A stretch of DNA of 64,000 nucleotides, from assembly GCA_965153455.1 (NCBI GenBank), contig OZ234494.1, forward strand, positions 8,308,001-8,372,000. Reading direction: 5' to 3'. The position numbers and the translations under genes were made by a program. Position 1 is the first letter of the stretch. Each line of letters starts with the position of its first letter. The notes beneath the pieces are model-generated. The model did not search any database. It saw only the letters and a program-made list of their open reading frames with translations, and had not been told where the DNA came from. Positions 39,750-54,150 of the stretch are shown here, one piece after another. Source of the DNA: Sphagnum compactum (taxonomy: Eukaryota).

Positions 39750-40350
39750 TGTTTTACACAAACTCATTAAAAGACGAAAACAAGGCTAATGTAGAAAAAA
39801 TGCAATGACAGTGAAGACCATTCAATAAAGTGTGGGATGAAGCACAAATTGTATAGATATGGATTTGATTATGGAGATTTCTATGATTAATGTTCTTGTT
39901 GTTATGATATGTTTTATGTGATAACATTAAATTTCATTAGCACTTATTGCACATTATACAATTTCAAGGACTAACTTATCTACTAAACATATACATGGCG
40001 TGAATGTCATTGATGGTTATCACATCCCACTAACTAAAAAATAAAATAGAAAAATGCATTCTTGCAATGTTACATTATTATGAATGAAAAAAAATTCATA
40101 ACATTGTGCTCTAAGTTATATGTGATTTATAGAAGATGTTTTAAAAATGTTTGTGATGGGGAACTTGAGTAATTCATGATAGAGGTTAATTTAAAAAAAT
40201 TATTTCAATATATCTTACATGAAGTAAAGGTTATTGTTAAAGGCAAGATGCTGACATCTATATTTTTTGGTGGTTTTATTTGTCTAACATGCACTTATTT
40301 ATAAATAAATAAAAGTCACATATTTTGTATGTCTTGCAAGAGGTTACTAT
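39750..40350 (+). pseudogene. PIF/Harbinger transposase relic (DDE_Tnp_4-like)
   Basis: NVIDGYHIP (~40003), KFHNIVL*VICD (~40093), an HD remnant (~40175) and YIFG (~40259), in Harbinger motif order; heavily decayed. Confidence 0.55.
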
Positions 40351-42295
40351 ACAAGACAATGTAAAGTTGATTTCAAATTTTTTTTTGCTAAAAATGGTGA
40401 CACCTATTTCAAAATATAATATAAACAAAAACATTGTGTTCGCTACTAGTCTACATTGGATAATATATGATTCAAACACACTAACAATAACACCATATAA
40501 TTACTAACTAACAAGATTAATGTTGAACACTTACACATACATATGCAAATGTCATGCAATAGCTAGACAATAAATGTTGTGGGCTTTTCACAGAAACATA
40601 TGTGATCGATATAACATTTGGACTCAATCTAGAACAATTTTTTATGATGTGTCATAAATGTGATAACATTTGCACAACAACATAAACAATAAAAATATAT
40701 CTCCATTCCCCAAGACAAAATTCATGACAATACAATCCTTTAATATTTGATCTTTAAAATCAAAATTTCAAAACATTATAATAGATTCAAATTTATTAAC
40801 ATTCCACATTTTTGTTTAAATGAAACAATAAAAAAACACCAAAATCAAGAAATTTACAATAAATTATCAAATAAGTTCAACATTTTATGATGCTAAATTT
40901 TATATGAAACAATATATTATATAATCAAATAATATCCAATTTCTCATAAACAAGTTCCATAACAAATTCAGGTGTTGAATTCATTACTACATTTTTTAAC
41001 AAAAGCATATACACTAAAATTATATTTAATTGCAATTTATAAACTACCTAAAATTGATTTGTGTTCCATTTTGTAAACCATCATTAAAAAGATGCCTAAA
41101 TGCTCCAACAATGTATAATTGAAGATTTCAATGTTGATATGTTAACAAAAGAAAATAAATCCAAAAAATTACACAATTTTAGGACCAAAAAATATATATG
41201 AACTTAGCTTATTAAAACATACAACAATTAATGGGACACAAATAGTCATCAACAATTTTGATGTCAGATTTTGTCACATTATAGACATCTTAAATAATAA
41301 AAATTTCTCACCCAAGGTGACTTTGCTTCTTGATTTATCACATGTTATTTTTTATGTTTGTAATTTAATATAATGATTAACTATTTAGTTCAAAAATTGA
41401 CATTGTCATTCAAAATTATTTACATAAACTAATGATCTCGCTATTGCCTATTCTACTAGGTTTGGTGCGCAGTTCACCTCATTAGGCTTGCCAATGACCT
41501 TATCAAGTAGATTAGGCAATAACAAGACCATTATCTAATACATATATCATCACAAATTTGGCCCGTTCATGTATTTGTGCTTTTATAACATTTTTATCAC
41601 ATTTATATTACAATGCCATCATAACATCATATCGACGATTATATATTGAACACTTCATTAACACTTAATCTTAACACATTATTAAAATGTTATAAACGCA
41701 CAAATATATGGAGAGGACAAGTTTGTGACAATGAACAAATGGCAACTATACAACAATGTCATTCAAAATCAACACAAGCTTATTGGACAAACCCTGAACC
41801 TATATACCTCAAATTGCAAGAATATGGCCCTCAATTCATAACACACCATTGATTTCTCGCTATAATAATAATATACAATTCATATCACACCATTGATTTC
41901 TCGCTATAATATATGATTTATAATATTAAATTTTATTATTTATCATAATCCATAAAGGTGCAGGGCATGCATGCTCACGACACCTTGTTCCGCTCCCCTC
42001 TTTTTTCCTTTCTTCCATGTGTGCATTGTTTTCATCTTGACTTTTTGATTTTCGCCCCCAGTTTTGACAGAACTGGGGCTGAATCTGATTGATTACCCAC
42101 CAAAACACATTAAATAAAGCAAAGTGTCCCTTACTGCAGACAACACAAAAGTACTCTCTAATTCCCTTTTTTTTCCCATGGCTGCCCATTTGTCCGTCCA
42201 AGATGTGTCTGGAGATGCCCAAATACATTTTTGGTGCTGGCAATTATAGACTTTTGGGTGTTGCCATTTATACCCTCCGGTTATCATCTCGGGGT

Positions 42296-42855
42296 GTATA
42301 TTCACTTACCTGATCAGGGTGAATTTTTGTTTTTTGTTTTTTTGGGAAAAACTGATTTTAGTATGGAACTTTGAATCTTCATTTTTTTGGGGAAAATTTC
42401 CAAAAACTGCCTTCCAAACTGCCCGGTTCTTTCATGAAAACTGCCAGTTCTTTAATGTTTCTGGAATAACTGGAACGGGCAGTTCTCCGATTCTGAAATT
42501 AGAAAAAAAGAAAAAACCAAAAACTGACGGTTCTTTGATCCTGACATTGTTAAGGAATTGGAACAACATTGTTCTAAACCCAGAGATACCCAGCGGTTAT
42601 AATCCTGGGTAATATACTCACTTACCTGACTGGGGGTGATTTTGTTTTGAAAAACTGGTTTTAGTAAAATAGAACTTTGAATTCTCATCTTGTTTTGAAA
42701 AGTTCAAAAAACTGCCTTCCTACCTGCCGGTTCTTTCATGAAACCTGTTGGCTCTTTGATGGTTCTGGAGTCACTACCGGAACCGGCGGATCTTCGGTTT
42801 TGAAGCGTGTACAAACCCGGAACTGACGGTTCTTTGATCCTGAAAATGTTTTTGG
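42296..42855. repeat. Diverged tandem duplication of ~310 bp upstream of RFC1
   Basis: CACTTACCTGA...AAAACTGCCTTCC...CGGTTCTTTCATGAAA...AACTGACGGTTCTTTGATCCTGA at 42303-42544 and 42619-42843; related fragment at ~7988. Confidence 0.75.
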
Positions 42856-43661
42856 AACGTCCGGTTATTTAAATATCAAATCACCGCACCACATTGCTCT
42901 TAAACCCTAAAACCCTGCGCTCCATTTCCTCGACCGGGGGAGCGCAGAATCGATCCAGGCACGAGAAGAACTACGACTACGAGAAATCCAGAGTCTAGTT
43001 CGCAGTAGTAGTGCAGTCTCGTGCTGCGGACTAGTGATGTGGGGGCCGAAGCAAAATTGTGTCTGACGTTAGACAGAGATGGAGCCGGCGGTGTAGTGGC
43101 AGGTAAGCGTTTTGTTGCAAGAATGACCTAATTTTTGTTGTATTCACAGTTTGTGTGGTTTGCAGACATGTGTTGCAGTCTAGTCTCTCCTTCTGCTGCT
43201 GCTGCTGCTGATGAAGAGAGACGCGGAGAACAGATGCAATAAATCTCACTTGATGTCAGAATGTATGAACGGAGATGCCACAGTATACAAAGCGTTTGCT
43301 GGTTGGTTGTCGTAAGAATGACCTAATTTCGAGTTTTCTTTTGCAGTGTGTGTTTCTGGGAGATGCAAGTCTGCCATTCGTGCGGGGCAGTAGCGCTGTG
43401 GTTGTTGTCCCTCCCTTGAGTACTTTTCTGAACAACCCAACATCTAAATTTCTTTGGTTTTGGTTTTTGGGTCTTGTTGGACGTGCTTGTGAAGCTGTGT
43501 GGAATGATAATGTGCGGTGGTCCGTGCGTTTCTTCTGTGCAATGGATGGGGCTATCTCTTGAAAAAGTGACTTTGCGGGATTTCTGAAATGTTCTCTAGT
43601 TCATGGGTGTGGGGCCAGATTTTCTGTGGGAAGAGTGAATTTTAGTCGTAGGGTTTGGAGG

Positions 43662-46600
43662 ATGGCAACACAAGGGGACTTGAGGAAATGGTTTATGAAG
43701 CAACCTCAAAAGAAAGAGGCGGGCACCACGACACCATCGCCTGCTGCAACTGCTGTAATGTGCTTGAACCTTCTACCCAAGTTTCTAGGGTTTGAGATGT
43801 TTGAAGCATCTCAATGGTAATTTGCTTTGTGGAACAATGTGGTTTGGATCACAGAACATGGATAATCCCTTCATTTGAGATCTTGATAAATAATTTTGCA
43901 GCAGGCAGCAAAGGCAAGTGTGAAAAGTGCGGAAGATGGAGGCAAGAACACAAGCAAATATTTCAGCAATAAGCCTCCTGCTGACATTTTAAAGCCTGTT
44001 GCCAAAACTACTCCTGCAAAACCAAGCCCTCAGAGAGGTAAGAGGCTCAGCAGCAGCTTCCTTGAGGAGTCTGATGAGGATGAGATCAATGTGCCCTCTC
44101 CAAAAATTCCGCGAGCTTCAAACAAAGGACATCATGCTTCTGGTTCAACTCCCAATGGAGCAATCAAGGATAGCAAGGACAATGTGGTCTCAGGAGGGAA
44201 GGGGAGGGGGAGAGGGAGGGCAGGGACCAGTTCCAGTCTGGATGAGGATTTTGATGAAGCTTCTTCTGGAGTGGGGAGAGGCAGGGGAAAGGGGAAGGGA
44301 GCTATTGCCATGACCAGCACTACTACTGATGCGGAACTCAAACAGCCAGTCTCTCGAGGAAGGGGAAGTGGTGAATCCCCCTCAAAGCAGACAGATACCA
44401 AAGCAGCACCATCTGGAAGAGGAAGAGGAGGTGGGGGTGGAGGTGGCTTTTACATACCTGCGAGAGTACCCCCTCCTCATAAAGGTGAAAAGGTATGGAT
44501 AAGCTGCATTTTAGTGCTGGATTTGGGTGCCTACTGCACTTCCACCAGACTGGCTCAGAAAGAGCTTGCCATGAAAGCATGACATGTGTTATCTGATGCT
44601 TCAATTCCTGTGTGGAGGGATGGTGAGAAGGAACTTCCAGAAGGGGCAGAAGACGCATTGGCGGGTTTGACATTTGTTATCAGTGGAACCTTGGACAGGT
44701 TTGTCCATCCCAGTGCCTCCACCCCCCAAACATATCACTGTTCATGTTTGCCTTGTTGTACATATATGTATACACAATGGTTTCTGTTCATGATCTCTAT
44801 GATCTGTTGGAAGTACTAACCAGATTTGCAAGGGCCCTAGGTCCCTAGTTGATGGAGGCTTCCCCTTGATTGCAGGTTTTCTCTTGGTTAGTTTATATAA
44901 TGTTTGTGGTGATGGAGTCATGTGCAGCTTGGAGAGGGAGGAAGCCGAGCATCTCATCAAATGTCATGGTGGACGTGTTACAACTTCAGTCAGCAAGAAA
45001 ACGGTTTGTAAATCTATGACATTCGTAGGTCTAAATTCTCAGAGCTCTGTCTTGTCCATGGTTTTCAAGGGGGCTTACATTTGTCCCTATCTGTCTGGAT
45101 GCAACATTCTCAGACATTCCCAGTGGTTCTTAATGCTTTGAACTTTTGTGATGTGTTTTTGATTCCAGACATGCATGCAATCCCTTTGTCAGTGCATTTT
45201 GGTGATGGCTTTGAAGTGTCCCATGCATGGACTTTGGATGCAGTCTGATGTGAGATTATCCATGAAAAAAATGACAGGATTATTTGTTAGCAGATGAGGA
45301 CGTAGGAGGACGTAAATCTCAGAAGGCGAAGGAGCTTGGGTAATACTTATTTTCTGAAATGGTACTCCTGCATATAACAATAGCTTGGCAGTTAAACCCA
45401 TGTCTTGGCAGTGACTTCACTTCTGCAGCCATGGGCCTGGTCATTGCAATATCTTGGGTGTTGTGCATGTGGGATGCAGAGTGAAGTTCTTGACAGAGGA
45501 TGGGTTGTTCAATATGATCCGTAAATCCAAGAAAAGTAGTTCATCAGCCTTGAAGGCACCACCACCACCACCACCACAGAAAGCTCCTGCAGAAGGTTCA
45601 TACACCTTGCATATGTCGTGCAATTTCCAATCTTTGTTTGTTGCCTATGTGCTAGAACATGATGGGTATAACCCATGAGGGAAAAGCGGGGGGGGGGATC
45701 TCACATCAACTTAGCTTGCTGTAGCTGAAGTTTTTGAGACACTTTGGTCATTAGCCTGTTGTTACTCTGATCCTTCTTGCATGCTCTGTCTGGATCTGGC
45801 ATCTTGCTTGGAAGGTTAGTAGTTCAATCTGCACCTGTGAGTAGTTTATTGCAAATGTTTTTCCTGCCCATCATCGTCACCATGAACTTGAGAGATTACA
45901 ACATGAAGTTTTCTCTTGCTTCCCTTCTCCTAATTTTTATGCAGCAGCATCTGAAGAACAAATGCTTAAATGGCTAGAACCACAACTCATGCACAAGTTT
46001 TGTTTCTTGATGGCAGAACCAGCTATAAAGAAGGTCAAACTTGCAACAGCAGACAGGAATGGGACAGGGACACAAAAGGCTGACAATCGAGCTTCCATTT
46101 CAAATGCTCAAGGAGCAGTGCAACCAACAGAGACTGATTCCTGGCCCCACAAACATCGCCCCCAATCCACAAATGATATCATAGGGAACCAGTCCATTGT
46201 ACCCTCTCTCACTCTGCAACCCAACAAGAGAAAAACTACAGTGCTGTCATGGGGTTGTTTCTTCTACAGTATGATCTGCAGTATGATTGATTATTACAAC
46301 ACCCAGTGAGACTAATTTAAAGTAAAACACAATACTATGGGAAATGTGGCAGGTAAAGCAAGTACGGGATTGGCTACTGCAATGGGATGCAAATCATGGC
46401 TCAGTGGAGAAAGGGAAGAAGTCACGTGGCAACACTAGTAGTGCAATTAAGAAGGCTGTACTGCTAAGTGGTCCACCAGGCATTGGGAAAACAACTACTG
46501 CCCGCCTTCTCTGTCAAGAGCTTGGGTTGGAGGCCCTTGAGGTGCTCTAGCTCTCTCCAAATATGAATTTCTTTCAGAACACTACACATAGAGCTCCATT

Positions 46601-49600
46601 TCTTGAATGCTGCTATTATATATCTCACTTCAGTGGCAAACCATACATGAGGAGGTGGAGTACCTCTAGGAGTATACCATTCATCTACATTGTGTCTGTT
46701 GTGGTTGGAAATGGAATTCAATTCTAACTTGGGGTGCCTGAGTCTCTCAACAGGTAAATGCAAGTGACAGCCGTGGAAAAGCAGATTCAAGCATAGGCAA
46801 AGGGATGGGAGGCAGCACTGCCAATACTATCAAAGAGATGGTCAGCAATGCATCATTGAGTTTTGGTGGCAAGTCAAACAGGTGGATTTGCACCTTCAGT
46901 AGTGTTGGGGACACTTTGTAGTCCTTTTTCTTTGAAGTGATCCTGCAATTTCTTCTACTTTGTTGCCAATGCTGAAGTTACATGATGGAGGATCATTTTG
47001 TGCTAAGGCTTTGCATCACTCCTTGATGTGCAAGCTTAGCCATTATACCAACTTCATTTGATTTTCGCCTTCTTCCCCACCCTTGGGGACAAGTGCAGGA
47101 AGGCAGTGTTGATCATGGATGAAGTGGATGGTATGTCTGGTGGTGACCGAGGAGGAATCGCTGACTTGATTGCTAGCATCAAAGCAAGCCACATTCCCAT
47201 CATTTGTATCTGTAACGACCGCTACTCCCAGAAGCTTAAGAGTCTCATCAACTATTGCCTGCCCTTGCCTTTTAGGAAGCCCACAAAACAGCAGGTAGGC
47301 TGCTGCTCCCTGTTCTTCCTTTCAAAGGTGACAGTACCACTGGAGTCTTTCCTGTGACTTACATGCTGTGAGTAGGGGTTAGGGTAGGGTTTAGGGTTTG
47401 TTGAATCCTGACACCCCACAACTATTGAGACTACTATGAGTGTTTTGTGGTTACAGTTTATGTGCTATGACAAAATCCCTGCAATGAGATTGATTATGAA
47501 GATCTGCTGTCTGCTTCCACATGAGAATTATCATAACCCAATAGTAATGCTTAGGCTCTTGTATCTGTAGATGGCAAAGAGGCTGCAGCAGATTGCCAAG
47601 TCAGAAGGCCTCCAATTTGCTGATGTGAGAGTCTCCACAACCACTTTTGTGGTTTTCTTTCTGTTGTTACTCTCCATTTGGTGTTATTGCAAAGACTGCA
47701 GTAAAGTTATCCTCTGGTTCTTATCTAGTCTGCAGATACAGTCAGTCTCACTGTTGCTGAAGTGCTTGTTTTTGCAACCCTGTTGCCTGAAATTCTGGCC
47801 ACTTTACTATCTGACAGTGTGGTGGAAGTGGGAATGAAGTTGGCACTGGAGGAGCTTGCTGACCAGGTGAAGGGAGACATGCGAATGGCACTGAATCAAA
47901 TGCAGTATATGAGTTTACGCTCCCCGATTGTGAACTATGCAGATATGCGCACACGCCTCATGATGAGTGCCAAAGATGAGGATATGTCACCATTTTCTGC
48001 TGTTGACAAGTTAGTCTCTCTCTATTGGCTCCAGATTTCTTTATCCAATCCCCTGAGCAGTATAAATTTTGCTAGCAGGACTTGTCCTCTAGGCTCTTTC
48101 TCTCTGACTTCTATCTGAGCTTGTGCTTTGATGGTGCAGATTGTTGGGCTATGAAGGTGGGCGTTTGCGCATGGATGATCGTATGGATGCTGCGATGTCT
48201 GATATGGATTTGGTGCCTCTACTCATTCAGGTTCTTACTTACATTGTTTCTTGTTTTCTCAGTGTGTCAGCTCAATGGGATGAGAGATCACTTACATTCT
48301 TGGCCTTGATTCATGTTGAACTTTGCAGTTCCAATTTTTGTTAATGACTGTTACAGTTTGAGAGTTGTCTTGTTTGAATGCATCAGGAATCTATATGCAG
48401 TTTTGAGATCGGGTTTTGTCCCGTGTTATAGTTCATGTGGACATAGGACAATAGAAAGAGGGCAAGATTGTCCTTCTAAGTCTAATGTGAAGCCTTAGTG
48501 CCAAGGAGTTTCGAAGATGGCAGTCGCAATGTGCTATACTTAACCCCTGCAGAATGGTCTATCTTCAGGAGAATTATCTGAATTACCGTCCCAGTGCAGC
48601 TGGGCGTGATGATAATGGAGTAGAGCGAATGGATTTGGCAACACGCGCTGCTACAAGTATAGCAGATGGTGATGTCGTGAATGTCCAGATTCGAAGGTTT
48701 CGGCAGTGGCAGCATGCCCAGATGGGGGCTTTCATGTCATCTATCATCCCGTATGTAGTTTCCACGCTTTCTGAATCCATTGTGTGGGATCCTACTAACT
48801 TGAAAAAAATGGTTGTGATATATAAAAGCTCACTTATTCAGACCCAATTACTCAATAGCTTATTTTAACAGACTGATTCTCAATATTGTCCATTTTTTCT
48901 TTTGTTAGTACTTTGATGGATTTGTTTGTTTATGAGTGACCTGCACTGGCCATGGGTAGAGGTCAAATTTATGTGGCTTCCACTTTGTTGCAGTTGGGTG
49001 CCTGTCCAAATGTTTCTCTATTATGATACTCAGAGTCAAATATCTAACATTACTCCTGGATGTGATGCTTGAAGAGCTGCATTGATGCGCGGGCAGCGAG
49101 AAACCTTTGTTCCGGTAATTAATGTTCCTTCTCCACTGTCAGTATTGTTCCCTGTAGTTCCCTGTAGCTATGTTGCTCGAGAGCTAGCTGATATCAGGAC
49201 CAAGTCTTATGATTGCTCCTGGAAATGTCAAAGAAAACTCTGGACAGGTTTTGTATACCTGCTTACCCAAAATTCTGGAGAGGTTGTTATATCCTTCTAC
49301 ACCCACTGTTGGGAGCTGATATAGTCAGTGCAGAGTCTTATGCAAACGGTCAATCATACTCATGGAACTGAATTGCTCTTGCAGGGTGAACGCAATTTCA
49401 ATAGGTTTGGGGGATGGCTAGGGAAGAACTCAACATATGGCAAGAAAATGCGCCTGCTGGAAGATGTGCACGTACACCTTTTGGCTTCTCATGCTTGTGA
49501 GCCAACCAGGTATACAGTTTGCATCCAATACATCTGCATGTTTACAAGCAGCAGGTTTTGAAGCGTTTCAAATTTTCCTCATGAACTGTGGGACTTATAG

Positions 49601-51360
49601 TCTGGTTGTGTTCACTTGTGAAGAGAGGCGATTCGGTTGGACTATGTGCCTCTTCTCTCTCTGCAGATGACACATCCCTTACACAATTTGCCCAAGGTTG
49701 GTTTCTTGCATAATCTTCTTTCTGCGTGCTGGCAGGGTACAATGCGTCTCTTCATGTCTTTCGCTTTTGCAGATGTTTTTTTTGACTTGGTTTCCTTTGG
49801 TTGGCAGGAAGAAGCAGTGAACAAAGTGGTGGACACTATGGATGACTACTCGCTTACTCAGGAGGACTTTGACACCATCATTGACCTTTCTAAATTTCAG
49901 GTGGGTCTGCCCTATTTCAATCAGCCCTGTGAGGTGGTCATCTTGGGTCTCTGTACACATTGCCCCTTTCTCAGTTGATGTGACAGTGGTAAATGCACTG
50001 CTGTAAGTATTCTTCAGGAGCCAAGAAGTGTTCAAAACACATTTGCCAAAGAACTGCCTTTTTGTGTAGAACGGACTGGGTGAATGGTTGTGGCAGTTGA
50101 CCAGGATTACTCTCTTTAGTTTGAACAGTTGAGGGGAAAGAAAAATCATATAGCAAATTATCTGGTATAAGGACTCACTAATTGGTGTTGCATGAACAGG
50201 GCCCTAGTCTGTTGGATGGGGTGCCATCAGCTGTAAAAGCAGCCTTGACAAAGGCATACAAGCAGCGTGAGGGTGAACGACGTGTTCGGTCTGCTGACCT
50301 TCTTCCTGTCCTGAGTTTGCCAGGATTGAAAAAAGCACCTAAAAAGCCTGCACGTCTCCGTCTAATGAATTTTGAGGATGCTGAGAATGGTGACTCTCCC
50401 AAAGAAGAGCTGGACAGTGGTATGGATTTTTTTTTCAAACTTACATGTGGACATATTAAACACACAGTTAGAGATGGGGAGGAGTTACTTCGATGCATGG
50501 CTATGTTACTTTCAATTCCTTCCTGTGATAGGTTTTAGGGGTCCAAGACTGTTAGCTGTATTTCATTTGGCTGAAAAAATAGAAGGATTTGCTCATAATA
50601 GACCTGTAAAAATTATTCACTAATGATGTTTCGATTTGTACAGAGGAAGTGGAAGAACAGGACTCTGAGGAGGCAGAGGAAGAGGAGGCTGATGATGAAA
50701 ATAAATTAGGTTCTACTTCTGCACTTTCTGCACCACCCATTCCTCTTTTGGCACTAGGATACAAAAACAGATGCGTTATATATAGCCTTGCTATTTTACA
50801 TGCTGATGGGTACTTCACTTGAGATTTCTCAAGTTGCAAGCCACAGATGTGTTGGTGAATGGGTCAGTCACACTTTCTTCTGAAGGCTCTTGCATGATAC
50901 AAGGAACTTCAGGCAGAAGTGTCTGACTAAGAACATGATTGAACTTTGTTTGCAGCTGTGCTGAATGAGTCTCATACAGGGGGAGTAACAGTGACTCTTG
51001 AAGAACCAGGATCCAAAAAAGGTTTGTGTACTTGGAACTTTCTGGTTTTTAACCAAAGAAATTTACGGATGCTATGTTCAATGACCCACAAGGCTTTACT
51101 GTTTCATAAGTCCTGAACTCAATCATGCCATACTTAAATTCATTGATCACACATTCTTGCTTTAATTCTTGTAATTTCAAGTGTGTCAGGCTGTAATTTT
51201 CCATTGAATAATACTGTGATACTTTTTTGTGCTTGCTGTCACAGGGCGTGGCAGAGGTGGGAATAGCAAGACACCTACTAGTCAAACCAAGGCAAAGCCC
51301 AAGAAGTCAACTAAAGCCCAAGATCCTAAAGAGAACCAGGCTGCAAAACGGAAGAGGTAG
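43662..51360 (+). CDS. RFC1: Replication factor C subunit 1, about 22 coding exons
   Basis: DLRKWFMK N-terminus; BRCT ([32 protein letters not shown]); Walker A SGPPGIGKTT; Walker B IMDEVDGMSGGDRGG; PIICICND; GDMRMALN; QENYLN; WLGKNS; VKAALTKAY; stop TAG at 51358-51360. Confidence 0.96.
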
Positions 51361-52664
51361 GTAGGGGATTTATGCACAGGTGTAGAGTCTGGTCAGAGTA
51401 ATAGTGAGCATCTTTCAATATTGCGTCTCACTTTTTTGGGTTATTAAGACTGTTGCAGTTTGCACAAAAAGTTTTCTCTGGATGGATGGAGAACCCTTAA
51501 ATTCACTGTAATCTATTGGACAATTGTATTTATGTTGTGGGAGGCTGCTGTTATCTGAAAGGGATGCTGTATTTGAAGCTATTGGTGTGTTATTCTGGTT
51601 GTTTGCCAAGGTACCCCATGTGTATATATGTTTGGTCTTTGGCATGGACAACTTCCAGGTGCAGTGACAATAGAATGATGCATTCCAAGCTGTAACTCCA
51701 AGCTGTAACCACTGCTTTGTTTACATGTTTTAAAGTGGTAAATTAAGTCCCTAAACACTAAATCCTTTTTCCTTGGGGTTGTGTGAGGGAACTTTTAGAC
51801 TCTCTAAGAATTTGGATTTGGGTGACATTATGATAAATAGCATCAATTGCACCTCCAACCTGATGGACGGAGTTCACAATTGGCTACTACTAATGGGATC
51901 ACATATTAATATGCATGGATGAGTTTGATTTATGGAGACCATTTTTGGGTGGTGAAACTTTGGATCCAACCTTCAGGCTGCACATGCATGGTCCTTCATG
52001 AGCTCAATCTGACTTTGTTTTCTCATCATCCTTGCTTGATTTGGGTTGAATTTGTTCCCAAAGACTTTTTGAGGGTGTAAACTTTTAATCCAACAGCTTG
52101 TTTTGTTATCCTGCTCAGGGATGCATAAAATGGACCAAGGCTTAGCAAGATGTAAATGGAGAAAAAAAAGGTTTTAGGTGCTTAAGACATGTTTTTGAAG
52201 ATAATCCAAGAGGAGGGTAAGAAATTTTTCATTTCAAAACACACAAAAGAGTTTCAATCTGGTTGTTTGTAGCATTTGCTAAACATGAAATAATTTTTCA
52301 AAACCTTTGCAGTCTTCTAAATTTCAGCCACAAGACAAAGCTCTAATTCTGTTCACTTGCATCTCAAAACAGAACAACATCAAGACTAAAGCCATTGCAA
52401 ATTAGTACACAAATGTGCATGCTTTGCCACCCAAACATAAGCTCTTTCTGCAACCTTCCATTCCAAAAACTCCAATCCCCTCTAGTGGGACCTCCCTCCC
52501 CCGCTTTTATCCTTTGTACCACACTTGGGCTCTCCCCCAGTGCACATGGTTTTTCTCTCCTAGAAAAATCCTCCAACCCATATTTTAAAAAACCCAATAA
52601 TCCTAGAATTGATTTCTTTCTAAGTTTCCTAAAGAACTTAGGAATTCAGGCTTGTTTGTCATGT

Positions 52665-54150
52665 TGAGCTCTCCCAAACCAAACCATGACACCTCTTGCC
52701 ATGCTCTTGCTACCATTGGAAAGCCCTCGATGAGTAGGGCTGCATCCGGCGGTTTCATATTGTTTTGACTTTCGGTGGAGAAGTTATTGAATATTGAACA
52801 AGTTTTTCACTGAAAAATCATTTGAAATTTGGACACCCTCTTGGTATTGTTGGAAAGCCCTTGACAAGTAAAATTTAATGAAGGTGATTTGGAAATTTAT
52901 CTCCCACCTTTCTTAATAATTACCTCCATTTTATAACTACCTCATTTCTTTTTCCTATTCATCAACATCGATATAAAAAAATAAATTAACATATGTCTTT
53001 TCATGTCCATGAAATGTATATTAAATTTGACATTGACATAAATATATGAAAACATAAGAAAAAATTAAAATAGTTGATCCTCACTAGTAGTTTGCAACAA
53101 CATGGAGCTCAAATCTATCTATTAAGGAAGGTATGTTGTTTGTTTTGTTTCTCAAATTGAAAATCTCCCAAACCACAGTGGCCCCCATCATACTCTTGGT
53201 ACCATTGAAAAGCCTTCAATTAGTAGGGTGGACCAAGGTGGTTTCATAATGCTTAGACCTACCTCGTACAAAATCCAAACTGAAAATTTTAGGGAAATTG
53301 AGGCAAATTTCTTAGTACAAATATAAAGCCATAGATGAGTGGGATTTCTTGGAAGTGATTTTGTAATTTTAAAAACCTAAGGTGAAATAGATATTGAATT
53401 TTGAGTAATTTTTCTCACTAAGAATTAATTTCAAACTTAAAATGATTGTATCACTATTGGCTCCTATCATTAAGGTCTTGTTCACACTTGGACCAACAAC
53501 ACAAGTGACACTAGTTCTTATGAAATCTTTGCCAATGGACAAATTTCATTATTTCCTTAATGTGCTCAAGTTTTGACATTCATTGATCAACGACGAAAGC
53601 TAATTGATATCTAGCCCAAGTGTGAACTCCTCATCCAACAAGTTTTTACTTTCAAAACCAGTTTTTGTAATTTAGTTGAATTTTCAATGGCAAAAATAAC
53701 TCAAAACTCAATATCTCATGCATCTCAAGTCTAAATTTCACAAAATTACCTCCATAAAATCCTATTCATTGAGGAATTTCCAACAATACCAAAGCATACA
53801 TAAATTTCCTTAAAAAATATAGGTCTCATTTTCTTGAATTTTCGATGACAATGTCGTTCAATATGCAATAACTCTCGCATTACATGTCTAAACTTTATAA
53901 AATGACCTCAATACACATGTACCCATTGAGGGCTTTCTAGCAATACCAAGAGCATGCTCCAATTTTTTATAAATATTTTATTTTGATTTTGATATTGTTG
54001 ATTTGTTTTGACAAAATTGTTCAATATTCAATAACTCTTGCATTGTAACTACCTCAATGCATCACTACTCATTGAGGGCTTTCCAATGGTATGAAGAGCG
54101 CAGCAATTGTGGTTTGGGAAATTTCAAGGTGACAAACAATCTTCCTTAAT
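52665..54150. repeat. Cluster of copies of a short dispersed non-coding repeat in both orientations
   Basis: CTCCCAAACCA...CTCTTG-TACCATTG-AAAGCC...AGTAGGG at ~52670 and ~53165; reverse-complement copies at ~53700-54140 and ~63000-63400. Confidence 0.7.

Noticed and set aside
42300-42640. ACTTACCTG motifs resembling the U1 snRNA 5' end
   Set aside because: No U1 stem-loops or Sm site follow; both lie within a tandemly duplicated repeat
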